64,000 nucleotides of DNA from an uncultured Verrucomicrobiae bacterium (GCA_963836755.1 CAWIKF010000002.1:192001-256000), one strand, 5' to 3'; counted from the first letter of the stretch, positions 37,859 to 47,833 are shown. Notes: a model not told the origin generated them from the sequence alone. Numbers and translations are program-made.

Positions 37859-38278
37859 ATGGCAGGATCCGTAGGTTCAGAAGACGGCGACATCGGTTTT
37901 CAAATCGCCCCAATGGTCGATGTGGTATTTGTGCTGATGCTTTTTTTCATGGCCAGCGCAGGCAGTCAGGTGGTGGAAAAAGAGCTCGGCATCAACCTCC
38001 CGAGCGGCGCTTCATCCAAAAGCGGCGGACCGCCGCCAACCCCCATCATCATCGACATCTCCGCCGAGGGCCAGGTCACGATGAACAACCAGGCCTACGG
38101 CACGCCAACCGACAAAAATCTCACCGGGCTGCGCGAGTGGCTGAAAAATGCGATCGAACAATTTGGCGACAAAGATCCTGTCATCATCCGCCCCGCGCCA
38201 GACTCGCGGCATGAGCGAATCATGGATGTGCTCAATGCCGCTGCTGCTGCGCGCGTCAAAAACCTGACGTTCAGCTAG
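37859..38278 (+). CDS. ExbD/TolR family protein
   Basis: IAPMVDVVFVLMLFFM, VIIRP..IMDVLNA. Confidence 0.92.
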   Translation: MAGSVGSEDGDIGFQIAPMVDVVFVLMLFFMASAGSQVVEKELGINLPSGASSKSGGPPPTPIIIDISAEGQVTMNNQAYGTPTDKNLTGLREWLKNAIEQFGDKDPVIIRPAPDSRHERIMDVLNAAAAARVKNLTFS

Positions 38279-38298
38279 CGACGCGAAACAATTACTCC

Positions 38299-38333
38299 AA
38301 AAAAAAGCGCGAGGTCTTCACCCCGCGCTTTTT
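38299..38333. terminator. Bidirectional intrinsic terminator
   Basis: A8-GCGCGAGGT-cttc-ACCCCGCGC-T5 between convergent genes (one mismatch). Confidence 0.8.
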
Positions 38334-38352
38334 ATTTTTCCGCGAACGGAAG

Positions 38353-38748
38353 TTAGTGCGTCGTCGTCGTGGTGGTGCTCGATTCGTGTTTCTCGACTAC
38401 TCCACCGGTCGCCATCGTTTTGTGGACGATGATTTTTTGCGCGACCATTCCATCGCCGTCTTTCGCATAGATCACTTGCACCGGCACGCCGGTTTTGATG
38501 ATCGACATGTCCACCGGATTCCCGTTTTCGTCGGTGACGGTGGTGGTTTTGGAATAGGAGTAAGTGACCGGCGCAGCGCTCGATTCACTTTTCAAGACAA
38601 CAGTCGTCGGCGACATCTCGCTGATGGTGCCGGAGGATTGCGTCGTGGTCGTCTGGCTGACTGCGACTTGCGCAAAAGCAGCGGGAGCTGCGACCAGAAC
38701 TGCGCTTGCCGCAAGGCTCGCTGTTAAATGACGGAGTGATGTTTTCAT
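38353..38748 (-). CDS. Thr-rich exported hypothetical protein
   Basis: Signal MKTSLRHLTASLAASAVLVAAPAAFA; small beta domain flanked by Thr runs. Confidence 0.75.
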   Translation of the reverse strand: MKTSLRHLTASLAASAVLVAAPAAFAQVAVSQTTTTQSSGTISEMSPTTVVLKSESSAAPVTYSYSKTTTVTDENGNPVDMSIIKTGVPVQVIYAKDGDGMVAQKIIVHKTMATGGVVEKHESSTTTTTTH

Positions 38749-38883
38749 AATATTTGTTTGCTTAGTATGCCCGATTTTCAGCGGGTTGGTTTCATCCTCG
38801 GTATCGTATATTTCACGCCGTCTGGCCGCATATCGGCGCATGCATGACGATTCTGTTCGTCCAAAAAAACTGCTTCCCGCGCA

Positions 38884-39579
38884 TCAAATGACGGTCGCCT
38901 TTCCTCGGCGGGAATTGCGGACGACTTTGCCTGCATCCAGCTCTACCACTTGATCCGCAGCCGGCATCGCATCGGGAAGTGCCGCCGTCAAAATCACCGT
39001 CGTGGAAAACTTTTCCACCGTGCGCGCGAGCAATTCGGAAAATGTTTCCATCTCGTATCGCGACAGCTGTGCTCCCGCATTTTCCACGAGCAAAATGTCC
39101 GGGCGATGCGCGACAGCGCGCGCGAGGGAGACGCGATGTTGCTCGAGCAGCGTGAGAGAATCGACGGCGCGTTCCGCGACTTCGGAAAGTCCAGCGAAGT
39201 CCATGAGGTCCGCTGTTTGTGTGCGCGCCTGCTCGACTCCGAGGCCGGAAATTTTGAAAAGCGGCATTGCGATATTTTCCACTGCGGAAAAGTTGGTGAG
39301 CAAAAACGGCTCGGCAAAATGGAAACCGAAATGCCGATTGCGCATCTCGAGTCGCGACTGCGCATCCAGCGTGCTCGTCGGCGATCCGTGGAGAAAAAGT
39401 TCGCCGGCGTCCGGGATCTCCAGCAGACCTAAAAGCCGGAGCAGCAAATTTTTTCCACACCCTTCTGGACCGCACAGAACGCTGATGGTGCCCGCTTCGA
39501 ACTCGAGCGCGACGTCGCGCAGGCCTGCAAAAGCGTCTCGCGCGCAGCATAATTTTTCGGCGCGCAAAAAATCAGCCAT
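38884..39579 (-). CDS. LolD-like ABC ATPase with degenerate motifs
   Basis: GPEGCGKN, RNRHFGF, AVENIAMPL, LTLLEQHRVSLARA, LLVEN. Confidence 0.8.
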   Translation of the reverse strand: MADFLRAEKLCCARDAFAGLRDVALEFEAGTISVLCGPEGCGKNLLLRLLGLLEIPDAGELFLHGSPTSTLDAQSRLEMRNRHFGFHFAEPFLLTNFSAVENIAMPLFKISGLGVEQARTQTADLMDFAGLSEVAERAVDSLTLLEQHRVSLARAVAHRPDILLVENAGAQLSRYEMETFSELLARTVEKFSTTVILTAALPDAMPAADQVVELDAGKVVRNSRRGKATVI

Positions 39580-40856
39580 CAGAATTTAATCCAGTCATCG
39601 GGATGGAGCCGGCCGGTTTCGCAACGCTTGAAAACGCAAACCCATGTCGCAAGCAGCCAGCCGCTGACGAAAGCGGCGAGGAGCGGATAAACGAAATTCC
39701 AAATGAGCGTCGCCGAGCTCTCCTCGCGGAAGCCGAGCACGATGGTTTGATTTACAAAATTCAGCAGAAAAAAATGCAGCCCGGCGACGAGCAGAAACCA
39801 AAGGAATTCCCACCAGTTCCTGCGCAGGAATGAAACGTGATCGCGCAGGGCTTTGCGCAGCGATTCGCTGTGAAAAGTGAGCGTGATCTGCACCGTCGCC
39901 GCCGCGATCAAAAACAGCGCGAGCAGCGGGCGCGCGACCCAATCGATGTAGGTAAAAGTCCGGTCGACGTCGGCGGGATCGTTGAAGTGAAAAAGGAGCG
40001 CGTAGATGCGCGGAAGGTCGATGAGCAGTGCGCTGACGAGCATCACCACGGCGGCCCATTTGACGACGAACGAGAAGCGGCGAATCGCGAAGTCGAGCAA
40101 ATGTGCTGGAGTAAAAGTAAGGCCGCGGACCCAGACGTAAACCATCAGGATGAGATAAATCTGCACGCAAACGCCGAAGAGATATTCGAACAAAAACGAA
40201 AGCCAATCGATGAACGAAAACCAGCGGAGCAGCAGCAGGCCAGGCGCGACGCGATTGAGCACCGGCAGGCTCGGGCCGAAAAGCACGGGCTTAAAAGTCG
40301 CCGCGACCGCGCAAACCATGATGGCTCCGTAAACGAGCCAGCCGAGCCGCCCGAAACGTTTGCGCAGCGCGTTCCGCAGCGTGACGTGATGATTTTCCCA
40401 ATTCCCGATCAGCAGGATCGCGGCGATTGCGGAGAAGGGAAACGTGGTGATGACGTTGTTAAACACTCCGGCGACAGCTTCCGCGGCGTTCAACGCGCTT
40501 TCCTTGATCAAAAGCATGCGCGGATCGGAGCGCAGCACCAGCCACCAATCCCCGAGCGAATGCACCTCGCCGATTCGGGGCGGGCTTTGCGGAAATGCCC
40601 AGACGAATGACCATTCAAAACTGGGCCGCTCCGATTCCGACAGCACGTAGAAATAAAAAATCCGCAGCGCGAGCTGGAACAGCGCATAGCAGAAGCCGAA
40701 GAGCGCGAGGATCGTCCAGATTTTCCGATACCGCCGCACGCAGCGGAATCCGTCGCGAAGGCTCGCGCGCACAGGATTCGTGAACATCAGCAGCAGATAG
40801 CTGCCGAGTGCGCCCGCGAGGAAAATCCCGAAACGATGCGCGATGAAAAAAGACAT
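39579..40856 (-). CDS. Polytopic membrane protein, unknown function
   Basis: About 8-9 hydrophobic segments; stop overlaps ATPase start. Confidence 0.75.
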   Translation of the reverse strand: MSFFIAHRFGIFLAGALGSYLLLMFTNPVRASLRDGFRCVRRYRKIWTILALFGFCYALFQLALRIFYFYVLSESERPSFEWSFVWAFPQSPPRIGEVHSLGDWWLVLRSDPRMLLIKESALNAAEAVAGVFNNVITTFPFSAIAAILLIGNWENHHVTLRNALRKRFGRLGWLVYGAIMVCAVAATFKPVLFGPSLPVLNRVAPGLLLLRWFSFIDWLSFLFEYLFGVCVQIYLILMVYVWVRGLTFTPAHLLDFAIRRFSFVVKWAAVVMLVSALLIDLPRIYALLFHFNDPADVDRTFTYIDWVARPLLALFLIAAATVQITLTFHSESLRKALRDHVSFLRRNWWEFLWFLLVAGLHFFLLNFVNQTIVLGFREESSATLIWNFVYPLLAAFVSGWLLATWVCVFKRCETGRLHPDDWIKF

Positions 40857-40874
40857 CAGGAGTCCGGCCGCGCG

Positions 40875-42008
40875 TTATTTGATGAAGCCCCAGTGCGGCT
40901 TGAACGGCCAGTAAACGAAGAGCGCGTAGCCCATGAGATTTTGCGCGGGGACCGTCCCCCAGTAGCGGCTGTCCGAGGAATTGTAGCTGTTGTCGCCCAT
41001 CGCGAAATACGAATGCTCCGGCAATCGAAACGGGCGATCCGGCGCGCTCAAGTATCCATTCGCTGGCCCAAACCCGTAGCCGCGGTAGCCGCCGGGCGGG
41101 TCGTTTTGTGTGCCGCTCATCACGCGCTGAAAGCCGATTCCCTGCGCGAGCTGGCCATTGATATATAGATGCGGCGAATCGACGCGCAGTTCGTCGCCGG
41201 GCAGGCCGACGAGGCGCTTGATGTAAAACTGCGAGCCCTCGATGTGCTGCATCTCCAGCGAGCGATCGATGTCGCGGATGCCGGTCGTTTTGAAAACGAA
41301 AACTTCCCCGCGATGAGGCGGGCGAAAGTTATACGACATTTTGTCCACAAAGACGTGGTCGCCCGCATCGACATAGCCGCGCACCATCACCTCGCCCGTG
41401 CGGTATTGGCGCATCAGATCGAGGTGAAAATAGCGAAGCAGAGTGTCGCGCGGCACCCACGCGTGATAGACGCTGTGCGTGCACTGGATGTCCGTGATCG
41501 TGAAAAAAAACAGAACCTTCCGCTCGCGCAGATCGACGATCTGGTCGTTCGACTCGGCGATGACGTTGATGTAATTGCGACCGCTCACGACGAAATCGGC
41601 CACGCGCCGGAGCGGATTCGGCGGCGGATCGGTCGTTTCATAGCCGATGATACCGTTGAGCGTCGGCTGCATCGACCCGGTCGGAATCGTGAACGGCTGG
41701 AGAAAATAAGTGCGCACGCCGATCGCGACGACGATCGCGACGAGGAAGACTTCGCAGTTTTCCCGCCAGCCGGCATCGGCCACCGGCGGCAGATGACCGC
41801 TCCAGCGCGCGTCAAGTTTTTCCGCGGCCTCGTCCACGGCAACTTTGTCGCGATTGCGAATTGCCGCGCGCAGTTTTTTCATTTGCGCCTCGAATTCCGC
41901 AACTTCCTCCGAAGTCAGTAAATCCCGTTTGTAATGCAGCAATTTGCGCGCATTTTTCAGGATGATGTGCGCTTCCTTGATATAGCGCGGTGCGAAAAAA
42001 TTTAACAT
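40875..42008 (-). CDS. lepB: Signal peptidase I
   Basis: IPTGSMQPTL, GDHVFVDK, YIKRLVGLPGD, MGDNSYNSSDSRYWG. Confidence 0.95.
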   Translation of the reverse strand: MLNFFAPRYIKEAHIILKNARKLLHYKRDLLTSEEVAEFEAQMKKLRAAIRNRDKVAVDEAAEKLDARWSGHLPPVADAGWRENCEVFLVAIVVAIGVRTYFLQPFTIPTGSMQPTLNGIIGYETTDPPPNPLRRVADFVVSGRNYINVIAESNDQIVDLRERKVLFFFTITDIQCTHSVYHAWVPRDTLLRYFHLDLMRQYRTGEVMVRGYVDAGDHVFVDKMSYNFRPPHRGEVFVFKTTGIRDIDRSLEMQHIEGSQFYIKRLVGLPGDELRVDSPHLYINGQLAQGIGFQRVMSGTQNDPPGGYRGYGFGPANGYLSAPDRPFRLPEHSYFAMGDNSYNSSDSRYWGTVPAQNLMGYALFVYWPFKPHWGFIK

Positions 42009-42319
42009 TGTCGTGGCGGGCGGCGCTGCGGGATGGACGCCGCAAGCGAATGAAATTTGAAACCGCACATTAGGCCAGTTAAAAAATAGGTTCCTTCGCG
42101 AAACGGTCTTCCCACGTTTTCGCGGCACCGCGCCAGCCCTGAGTTGAACGAAACAATGATCTGCTTGTCGAAGTGGAGCGATTCATTTCGCGCCCGAAAA
42201 ATCCCGAATTAAAATGCCCGTTCCCTCGCGTCCATGCGCCGCTGAATTTGCATCCGCTGCGCGGACGCACGCGTGGCGTTTTGGTTTGGTGCCACGTCGG
42301 CCAGCAGCACGATTCTGAG

Positions 42320-43675
42320 ATGCGCTCGCGGAATTTCATGAGAATGCTCGTGGCGCTGGCGTTCGCGCTGGGTCATTTGCGCGCCGAGGAAAATGTGCGA
42401 CCGCCGTCGCGCGTAATCACGCTCGACGAGGCTTACGATTTGACGCTTGCGAGTGACCAGTCGATCCGCATCGCGTTTCTCGAGATTCGCAAGGCGAACC
42501 TGCTCCCGTGGAGTGCGCTCACGCGGCTCGGGCCGTCGCTGACCGGCAGCGGAAATTTCGACCGCTCGCAGACGAGGAGCACAGGCGGCACGATCGTGAC
42601 GAGCACGGACAACGGCACCTTCATTACCTCGCCGACCACGACGAATGCGCAGCAGCGCGGCGCGAGACTTTCCTTTCAGCAAACGCTCGTCGATTTCACC
42701 GTTTTTCCCGCGTATCATCTCGGCAAGCTTTCCGCGCGCTCGGCCCGGCTCGAATATCAATTCACCGTGCGGCAGACGCTTTTCGGCGTCGCACAGGCTT
42801 ATTACGCGGTGCTCAAAGACCAGAGCGTCGTCGCGATCAATCAGCAGACGGTCGATCTCGCGGGGCAGCAGCTCGACCTCTCGCGGAAGCGCTACAACGC
42901 GGGCGATGTCGCGCGGCTCGATGTCTCGCGCGCCCGCGCCACGCTCGAGGATGCGCGCAATACTTTGATCCAATCGCAGAACACGCTCGCGGTCGATCGC
43001 AACGTCCTCGCGAATATTCTAAACCTCGGCGGCGACGTAAATTTTAAGCTGGCTGAGCCGCCAGCCGCGCCGGTCGTGGATGCGCCTTTTGAAACCGTGT
43101 TAAACAACGCGTTCACTCGCCGCGAAGATTTTCTCGCCGCCAAAATTGCCATCGATCAGGACATCGCACGCCGCAACGAAATCATCGGCGAATACGCGCC
43201 GCGCATCGTCGCGCAAACGTCCGAGGGCTTGACCGACTATCCCGGCCTCACGCGCGACAACCGCGTCTGGGACGCCACGCTTTCTGTGCAGATGCCGTTC
43301 CTCACCGGCGGTCAGCGCGAGCTCGATTTGATCACCGCGAATCATCAGATCAACGAAACGCGGCTCAATTTTGAAAAGACGAAAAAGTCGCTGCAGGAAG
43401 AAGTGAAAAACGCATGGCTGCAGGTCGGAACGCTGCAGGCGTCGCTCGTCGCGCTGCGCGCGGAGGTCGAGGCGAACGTGCAAAATTACAACGATCTCCA
43501 GGCGCAATATCAGGCCGGCAGCGCCACCAGCCTGGACGTGCAGGCCGCGCTGCGGGACTTGAATAATTCGCGCACGATGCTGACCGGGCAGGTTTATGCT
43601 TTCCAGGTCGCGCTGCGCGATTTGCAGCGCGCGCAGGCGGATTTCCAGGAAGGGCGCGTGCCGAAACTGAAGTAA
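42320..43675 (+). CDS. TolC-family outer membrane protein (start 42320 or 42338)
   Basis: ITLDEA, VAQAYY, RYNAGDV, YQAGSATSLDV repeats. Confidence 0.9.
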   Translation: MRSRNFMRMLVALAFALGHLRAEENVRPPSRVITLDEAYDLTLASDQSIRIAFLEIRKANLLPWSALTRLGPSLTGSGNFDRSQTRSTGGTIVTSTDNGTFITSPTTTNAQQRGARLSFQQTLVDFTVFPAYHLGKLSARSARLEYQFTVRQTLFGVAQAYYAVLKDQSVVAINQQTVDLAGQQLDLSRKRYNAGDVARLDVSRARATLEDARNTLIQSQNTLAVDRNVLANILNLGGDVNFKLAEPPAAPVVDAPFETVLNNAFTRREDFLAAKIAIDQDIARRNEIIGEYAPRIVAQTSEGLTDYPGLTRDNRVWDATLSVQMPFLTGGQRELDLITANHQINETRLNFEKTKKSLQEEVKNAWLQVGTLQASLVALRAEVEANVQNYNDLQAQYQAGSATSLDVQAALRDLNNSRTMLTGQVYAFQVALRDLQRAQADFQEGRVPKLK

Positions 43676-43679
43676 AAAA

Positions 43680-44864
43680 ATGTCTCATCTTACGAAAATA
43701 ATCGTTGTCCTCCTGTTGCTCGCCATGGTGCTCGGCGGCGCGTGGTATTGGAAAAAGTCGCACACCGTCGACGTCAACTATCAAACTTCGGCCGTGACGA
43801 GAGGCGATCTGACCGAAGCGGTCACCGCAACGGGCACATTGAATCCGGTTTTGAACGTTCAGGTCGGCAGCCAGATCTCGGGCAATATCGCGAAACTTTT
43901 CGCCGATTATAACTCGCCGGTGAAAGCGCAGCAGGTGGTCGCGCAGATTGATCCGGCGATCTATCAGGCAACCGTTACGCAGGCTCAGGGCGATCTCGCG
44001 AACGCGGAGGCGGCGCTCGAACTGGCGCAGGTGAATGCGAAGCGCACACAGGAATTACGCGTTCAAAATGCGACGCCGCAGTCGACGCTCGACACGGCGC
44101 TGGCCACGCTGCACCAGGCCGAGGCGACGGTGAAAATCAAGGAGGGCGCGCTTGCTCGCGCCAAAGTTGACCTCGATCACTGCACGATTTATTCGCCGAT
44201 CGATGGCATCGTCATCTCGCGCAGCGTCGACGTGGGCCAGACCGTGGCCGCGAGCTTGAGCGCGCCGGTTATTTTTCAAATCGCAAACGACCTGACGAAA
44301 ATGCAGATCGACGCGAACGTCGCGGAAGCCGATGTCGGCAATGTAGAAGCCGGCCAGATGGTCGATTTCACCGTCGACGCTTTCCCGTATCGCACTTTTC
44401 ACGGCAAAGTCGTGCAGGTCCGCAACGCGCCGATCACCGTGCAAAACGTGGTCACGTATGACACCGTCATCGGCGTCAACAACGACGACCAGAAATTGAA
44501 GCCGGGCATGACGGCGAACGTCTCGGTGATCATTGCGCAGCGCTCGAATGTTTTAAAAATCAGCAACGCCGCGCTCCGTTTTCGTCTTCCCGAAAAACAG
44601 GCCGGCCCTTCGCCGACGCCAGCCGCGCCGCCGCCCGGACGCAAGGTTCGTGGCGCGCGCAAAATTGAGCGCACCGTCTATGTGTTAAACGATGACTACA
44701 CACAGCCGCGGCCCGTGCAAATCAAGCCCGGCATCAGCGATGGCATCACGACTGAGGTCACGGAAGGCTTGAAAGAAGGCGATAGCGTCGTCGTCAGCTC
44801 GACCGTTTCCACGAGCCACGGCGCCGGCTCGCACAATCCTTTTTCGCCCGGTCGCCATTTCTAG
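43680..44864 (+). CDS. MacA-like periplasmic adaptor
   Basis: VQVGSQISG, IYSPIDG, VDVGQTVAASL, LKPGMTA. Confidence 0.92.
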   Translation: MSHLTKIIVVLLLLAMVLGGAWYWKKSHTVDVNYQTSAVTRGDLTEAVTATGTLNPVLNVQVGSQISGNIAKLFADYNSPVKAQQVVAQIDPAIYQATVTQAQGDLANAEAALELAQVNAKRTQELRVQNATPQSTLDTALATLHQAEATVKIKEGALARAKVDLDHCTIYSPIDGIVISRSVDVGQTVAASLSAPVIFQIANDLTKMQIDANVAEADVGNVEAGQMVDFTVDAFPYRTFHGKVVQVRNAPITVQNVVTYDTVIGVNNDDQKLKPGMTANVSVIIAQRSNVLKISNAALRFRLPEKQAGPSPTPAAPPPGRKVRGARKIERTVYVLNDDYTQPRPVQIKPGISDGITTEVTEGLKEGDSVVVSSTVSTSHGAGSHNPFSPGRHF

Positions 44865-44866
44865 CA

Positions 44867-45628
44867 ATGAGCGCAGTCATCCTGCTCGACAAAATCGAAA
44901 AGACCTATCAGTCGGGCGAGGTCAAAGTTCAAGCCGTGCGCGGCGTTTCGCTCGAGATCGGCAAAGGCGAGTTCGTCGCATTCCTCGGCGCGAGCGGCTC
45001 CGGAAAATCGACGATGATGAACATCCTCGGCTGCCTCGACCGCCCGACCGCCGGTCGTTATTTGCTCGATGGCGTCGATGTCTCGGCGCTCGGGCGCGAC
45101 GAGCTCGCGGACATCCGCAGCCGCAAGCTCGGATTCGTTTTTCAAAGTTTCAATCTGCTCTCACGGACCTCTGCCGTGGAAAATGTGGAGCTGCCGCTGC
45201 TTTACGGACATCGGCATTTCACAGCCGGCGAGCTGCGCGCGAAAGCCGGCCACGCGCTCGACATCGTCGGCCTTTCGCAGCGCGCCGATCATCATCCGAG
45301 CCAGCTTTCCGGCGGGCAGCAGCAGCGCGTCGCCATTGCCCGCGCACTCATCAACGATCCGGAAGTTTTGCTCGCCGACGAGCCGACCGGCAATCTCGAC
45401 AGCCGCACGAGCGTGGAAATCATGGGCGTTTTTCAAAGGCTCAACGAGCAAGGCATCACGGTCATCATGGTCACGCACGAGCTCGACATCGCGAATTACA
45501 CGAAGCGCAACATTGTCATGCGCGACGGCAGCGTTCTCAGCGACACGCTCGTCGCGGGGCGATTGAATGCGGCCGATGAAATGCGAGAATTGGATGAAGC
45601 GCACCGCGAGGTGCAGCTCGCGCCATGA
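44867..45628 (+). CDS. MacB-type ABC ATP-binding subunit
   Basis: [31 protein letters not shown]. Confidence 0.94.
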   Translation: MSAVILLDKIEKTYQSGEVKVQAVRGVSLEIGKGEFVAFLGASGSGKSTMMNILGCLDRPTAGRYLLDGVDVSALGRDELADIRSRKLGFVFQSFNLLSRTSAVENVELPLLYGHRHFTAGELRAKAGHALDIVGLSQRADHHPSQLSGGQQQRVAIARALINDPEVLLADEPTGNLDSRTSVEIMGVFQRLNEQGITVIMVTHELDIANYTKRNIVMRDGSVLSDTLVAGRLNAADEMRELDEAHREVQLAP

Positions 45629-46839
45629 GACTCGCTTCCACTTTCACCATCGCCGCGCGCGCCTTGCGGCGAAATAAAATGCGCTCCGTCCTGACCGCGC
45701 TAGGCATCATCATCGGCGTCGGCGCAGTGATCGCGATGGTCAGCATCGGCAACGGCGCAAAGGCGCAGGTCGAGGCGCAGATCGCGAGCCTCGGCGAAAA
45801 TGTGATTCTGATTTTTTCCGGCAGCGTGACTTCCAGCGGCTTGCACACCGGCTACGGCAGCGCGCCTTTGAAAGTTTCCGATGCCGAGGCGATCAAGCGC
45901 GAGATCCCGAGTGTCGTGCGCGTGAGCCCGGAAGTGCGCGGCGCAAATCAGGTTCAGGCTGGCAGCCAGAATTGGTTCACGCAAATTCTCGGCGAGTCCG
46001 AAGATTATCTCGACCTGCGCCAATGGCCGCTCGCGGAGGGCGTCAGCTTTACCGATCAAGATGTGCGCAGCGCGAACAAAGTCACCGTCATCGGCGAAAC
46101 GCTCGCGCATCAAATTTACGGAAACGACAGCGCGCTCGGCCAAATTTTGCGCATCAAAAATGTCCCGTTCACCGTCGTCGGCGTGCTAACGCCGAAAGGA
46201 CTTTCCGTGATGGGGCAGGATCAGGACGACGTCGCCATCGTCCCCTACACCAGCGCCGTCAAACGCCTCTTCGGCAACTGGAACTTGCGCGCGATCACCG
46301 TGCAAGTGGCGAGCCAGGCTGATCTCCCGGTCGCGCAGCAGGAGATCATCGAACTGATGCGGCAGATCCATCACATCACTCCGGGCAAGGACGATGATTT
46401 CACCGTGCGCAACCAGGAAGAAATTGCCGAGACTGCGACTGCGACGACGAAAATCATGACTGCGCTGCTCGGCGCGATCGCGAGCGTCTCACTGCTCGTC
46501 GGCGGCATCGGCATCATGAATATCATGCTCGTCAGCGTGACCGAGCGGACGCGTGAGATCGGCATTCGCATGGCGGTCGGCGCGCACGGCAGCGACATCC
46601 TGCTGCAATTTTTAATCGAGGCGCTCGCGCTCAGTTCCGCCGGCGGGATCATCGGCATCATTCTCGGTCTTAGCGCGTCAAAAATTCTGGCGACGCTCGC
46701 GCAGTGGCCGACTTTGATTTCGATCACGCCGATCGTCGTCTCATTCCTCTTCAGCGCCGCCGTCGGAATTTTCTTTGGCTTTTATCCTGCCAAAAAGGCT
46801 TCAGAACTCGATCCCATCGAAGCACTCCGCTACGAATAG
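45625..46839 (+). CDS. MacB/FtsX-type ABC permease
   Basis: RSVLTALGIIIG, GGIGIMNIMLVSVTERTREIG, DPIEALRYE. Confidence 0.94.
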   Translation: MRLASTFTIAARALRRNKMRSVLTALGIIIGVGAVIAMVSIGNGAKAQVEAQIASLGENVILIFSGSVTSSGLHTGYGSAPLKVSDAEAIKREIPSVVRVSPEVRGANQVQAGSQNWFTQILGESEDYLDLRQWPLAEGVSFTDQDVRSANKVTVIGETLAHQIYGNDSALGQILRIKNVPFTVVGVLTPKGLSVMGQDQDDVAIVPYTSAVKRLFGNWNLRAITVQVASQADLPVAQQEIIELMRQIHHITPGKDDDFTVRNQEEIAETATATTKIMTALLGAIASVSLLVGGIGIMNIMLVSVTERTREIGIRMAVGAHGSDILLQFLIEALALSSAGGIIGIILGLSASKILATLAQWPTLISITPIVVSFLFSAAVGIFFGFYPAKKASELDPIEALRYE

Positions 46840-46862
46840 AAAAAAGTCTGGTTTGCCTGGTT

Positions 46863-47588
46863 ATGACGCCGCTCGAAGAACGCATCGAATATAAGTTCCG
46901 CAACTCGCTCCTGCTCGCGGAAGCGCTGACGCACCCGAGCCTCGGGCACGAAACGCAGCGCCATCATTTCGACAACCAGCGGCTGGAATTTCTCGGCGAC
47001 GCCGTGCTGCAGCTCGTTTTCACGCGCTGGCTTTTCGATTCATTCCCGACTTTCAGCGAGGGTCAGCTCACCAAAATGCGCTCGCGTCTCGTCTCGCGCG
47101 AAGGCCTCAAAGTTCGCGCCATTGGGATCAAGCTCGGCAAATATTTGATGATGGGCAAAGGCGAGGAATCGAGCGGTGGTCGCGTCCGCGCCGCGGCGCT
47201 GGCCGATGCGTTTGAAGCGCTCGTCGGCGCGATGTATCTCGACAGCAATCTGGAAACCGTGCGGAACTTTTTGCTCAGGGAAGCGCGCGCGAATCTCGCC
47301 GATCTCCATCTCGAGCCGGCGGACGCGAATCCAAAAGGCCGGCTGCAGGAGCTGCTGCAATCGATCACGCCGGTGAGTCCGGAATATCTGATCACCGCGC
47401 AGTCGGGGCCCGAGCATCAAAAAAGTTTTGTCGCCGTCGTCACATGGAATGGTCACGAGCTCGGGCGCGGCGAAGGGAACAGCAAAAAAGAAGCGCATTC
47501 GGCTGCTGCGCTCGACGCGCTCAACCGCGAAATGTGGAAAAAGGAACCGGCCGATAACATGCCGATAAGTGCGGACAACGTGGAATAA
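46863..47588 (+). CDS. rnc: Ribonuclease III
   Basis: ALTHPS, NQRLEFLGDAVL, ADAFEA, dsRBD NPKGRLQE..SKKEA. Confidence 0.96.
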   Translation: MTPLEERIEYKFRNSLLLAEALTHPSLGHETQRHHFDNQRLEFLGDAVLQLVFTRWLFDSFPTFSEGQLTKMRSRLVSREGLKVRAIGIKLGKYLMMGKGEESSGGRVRAAALADAFEALVGAMYLDSNLETVRNFLLREARANLADLHLEPADANPKGRLQELLQSITPVSPEYLITAQSGPEHQKSFVAVVTWNGHELGRGEGNSKKEAHSAAALDALNREMWKKEPADNMPISADNVE

Positions 47589-47815
47589 CTTTGCCGCGCA
47601 GGTCGCATTTTCAAAACGATTCGCGCAGCATCCAATTTTATTCGCAACGCGATTCGGCTGCGGAACCTTTCTCAGGCCAATGTGGAACGGAACTTCGGCA
47701 GCTTGTTCACAAGATTAAGAAGAAGAGATAGAGGTGTTTTAGAAATTCTTTTTAATAAAGAATGTGAACAAATCAGCACCGGCGCCTTTCAAAAACAGAG
47801 GAGTTCTGTGTTAAA
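47533..47815. other. Candidate replication origin (DnaA-box array plus AT-rich element)
   Basis: TGTGGAAAA, GGCCGATAA, TGCCGATAA, TGCGGACAA, CGTGGAATA, TGTGGAACG; inverted TTGTTCACA/TGTGAACAA flanking a 51-nt segment with 12 G+C. Confidence 0.6.
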
Positions 47816-47833
47816 AATGTCGCTCAGAAGATC

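Noticed and set aside
42009..42319. ncRNA or small gene in the lepB-tolC gap
   Set aside because: No recognisable RNA motif; the ORFs look non-coding; most likely divergent promoters
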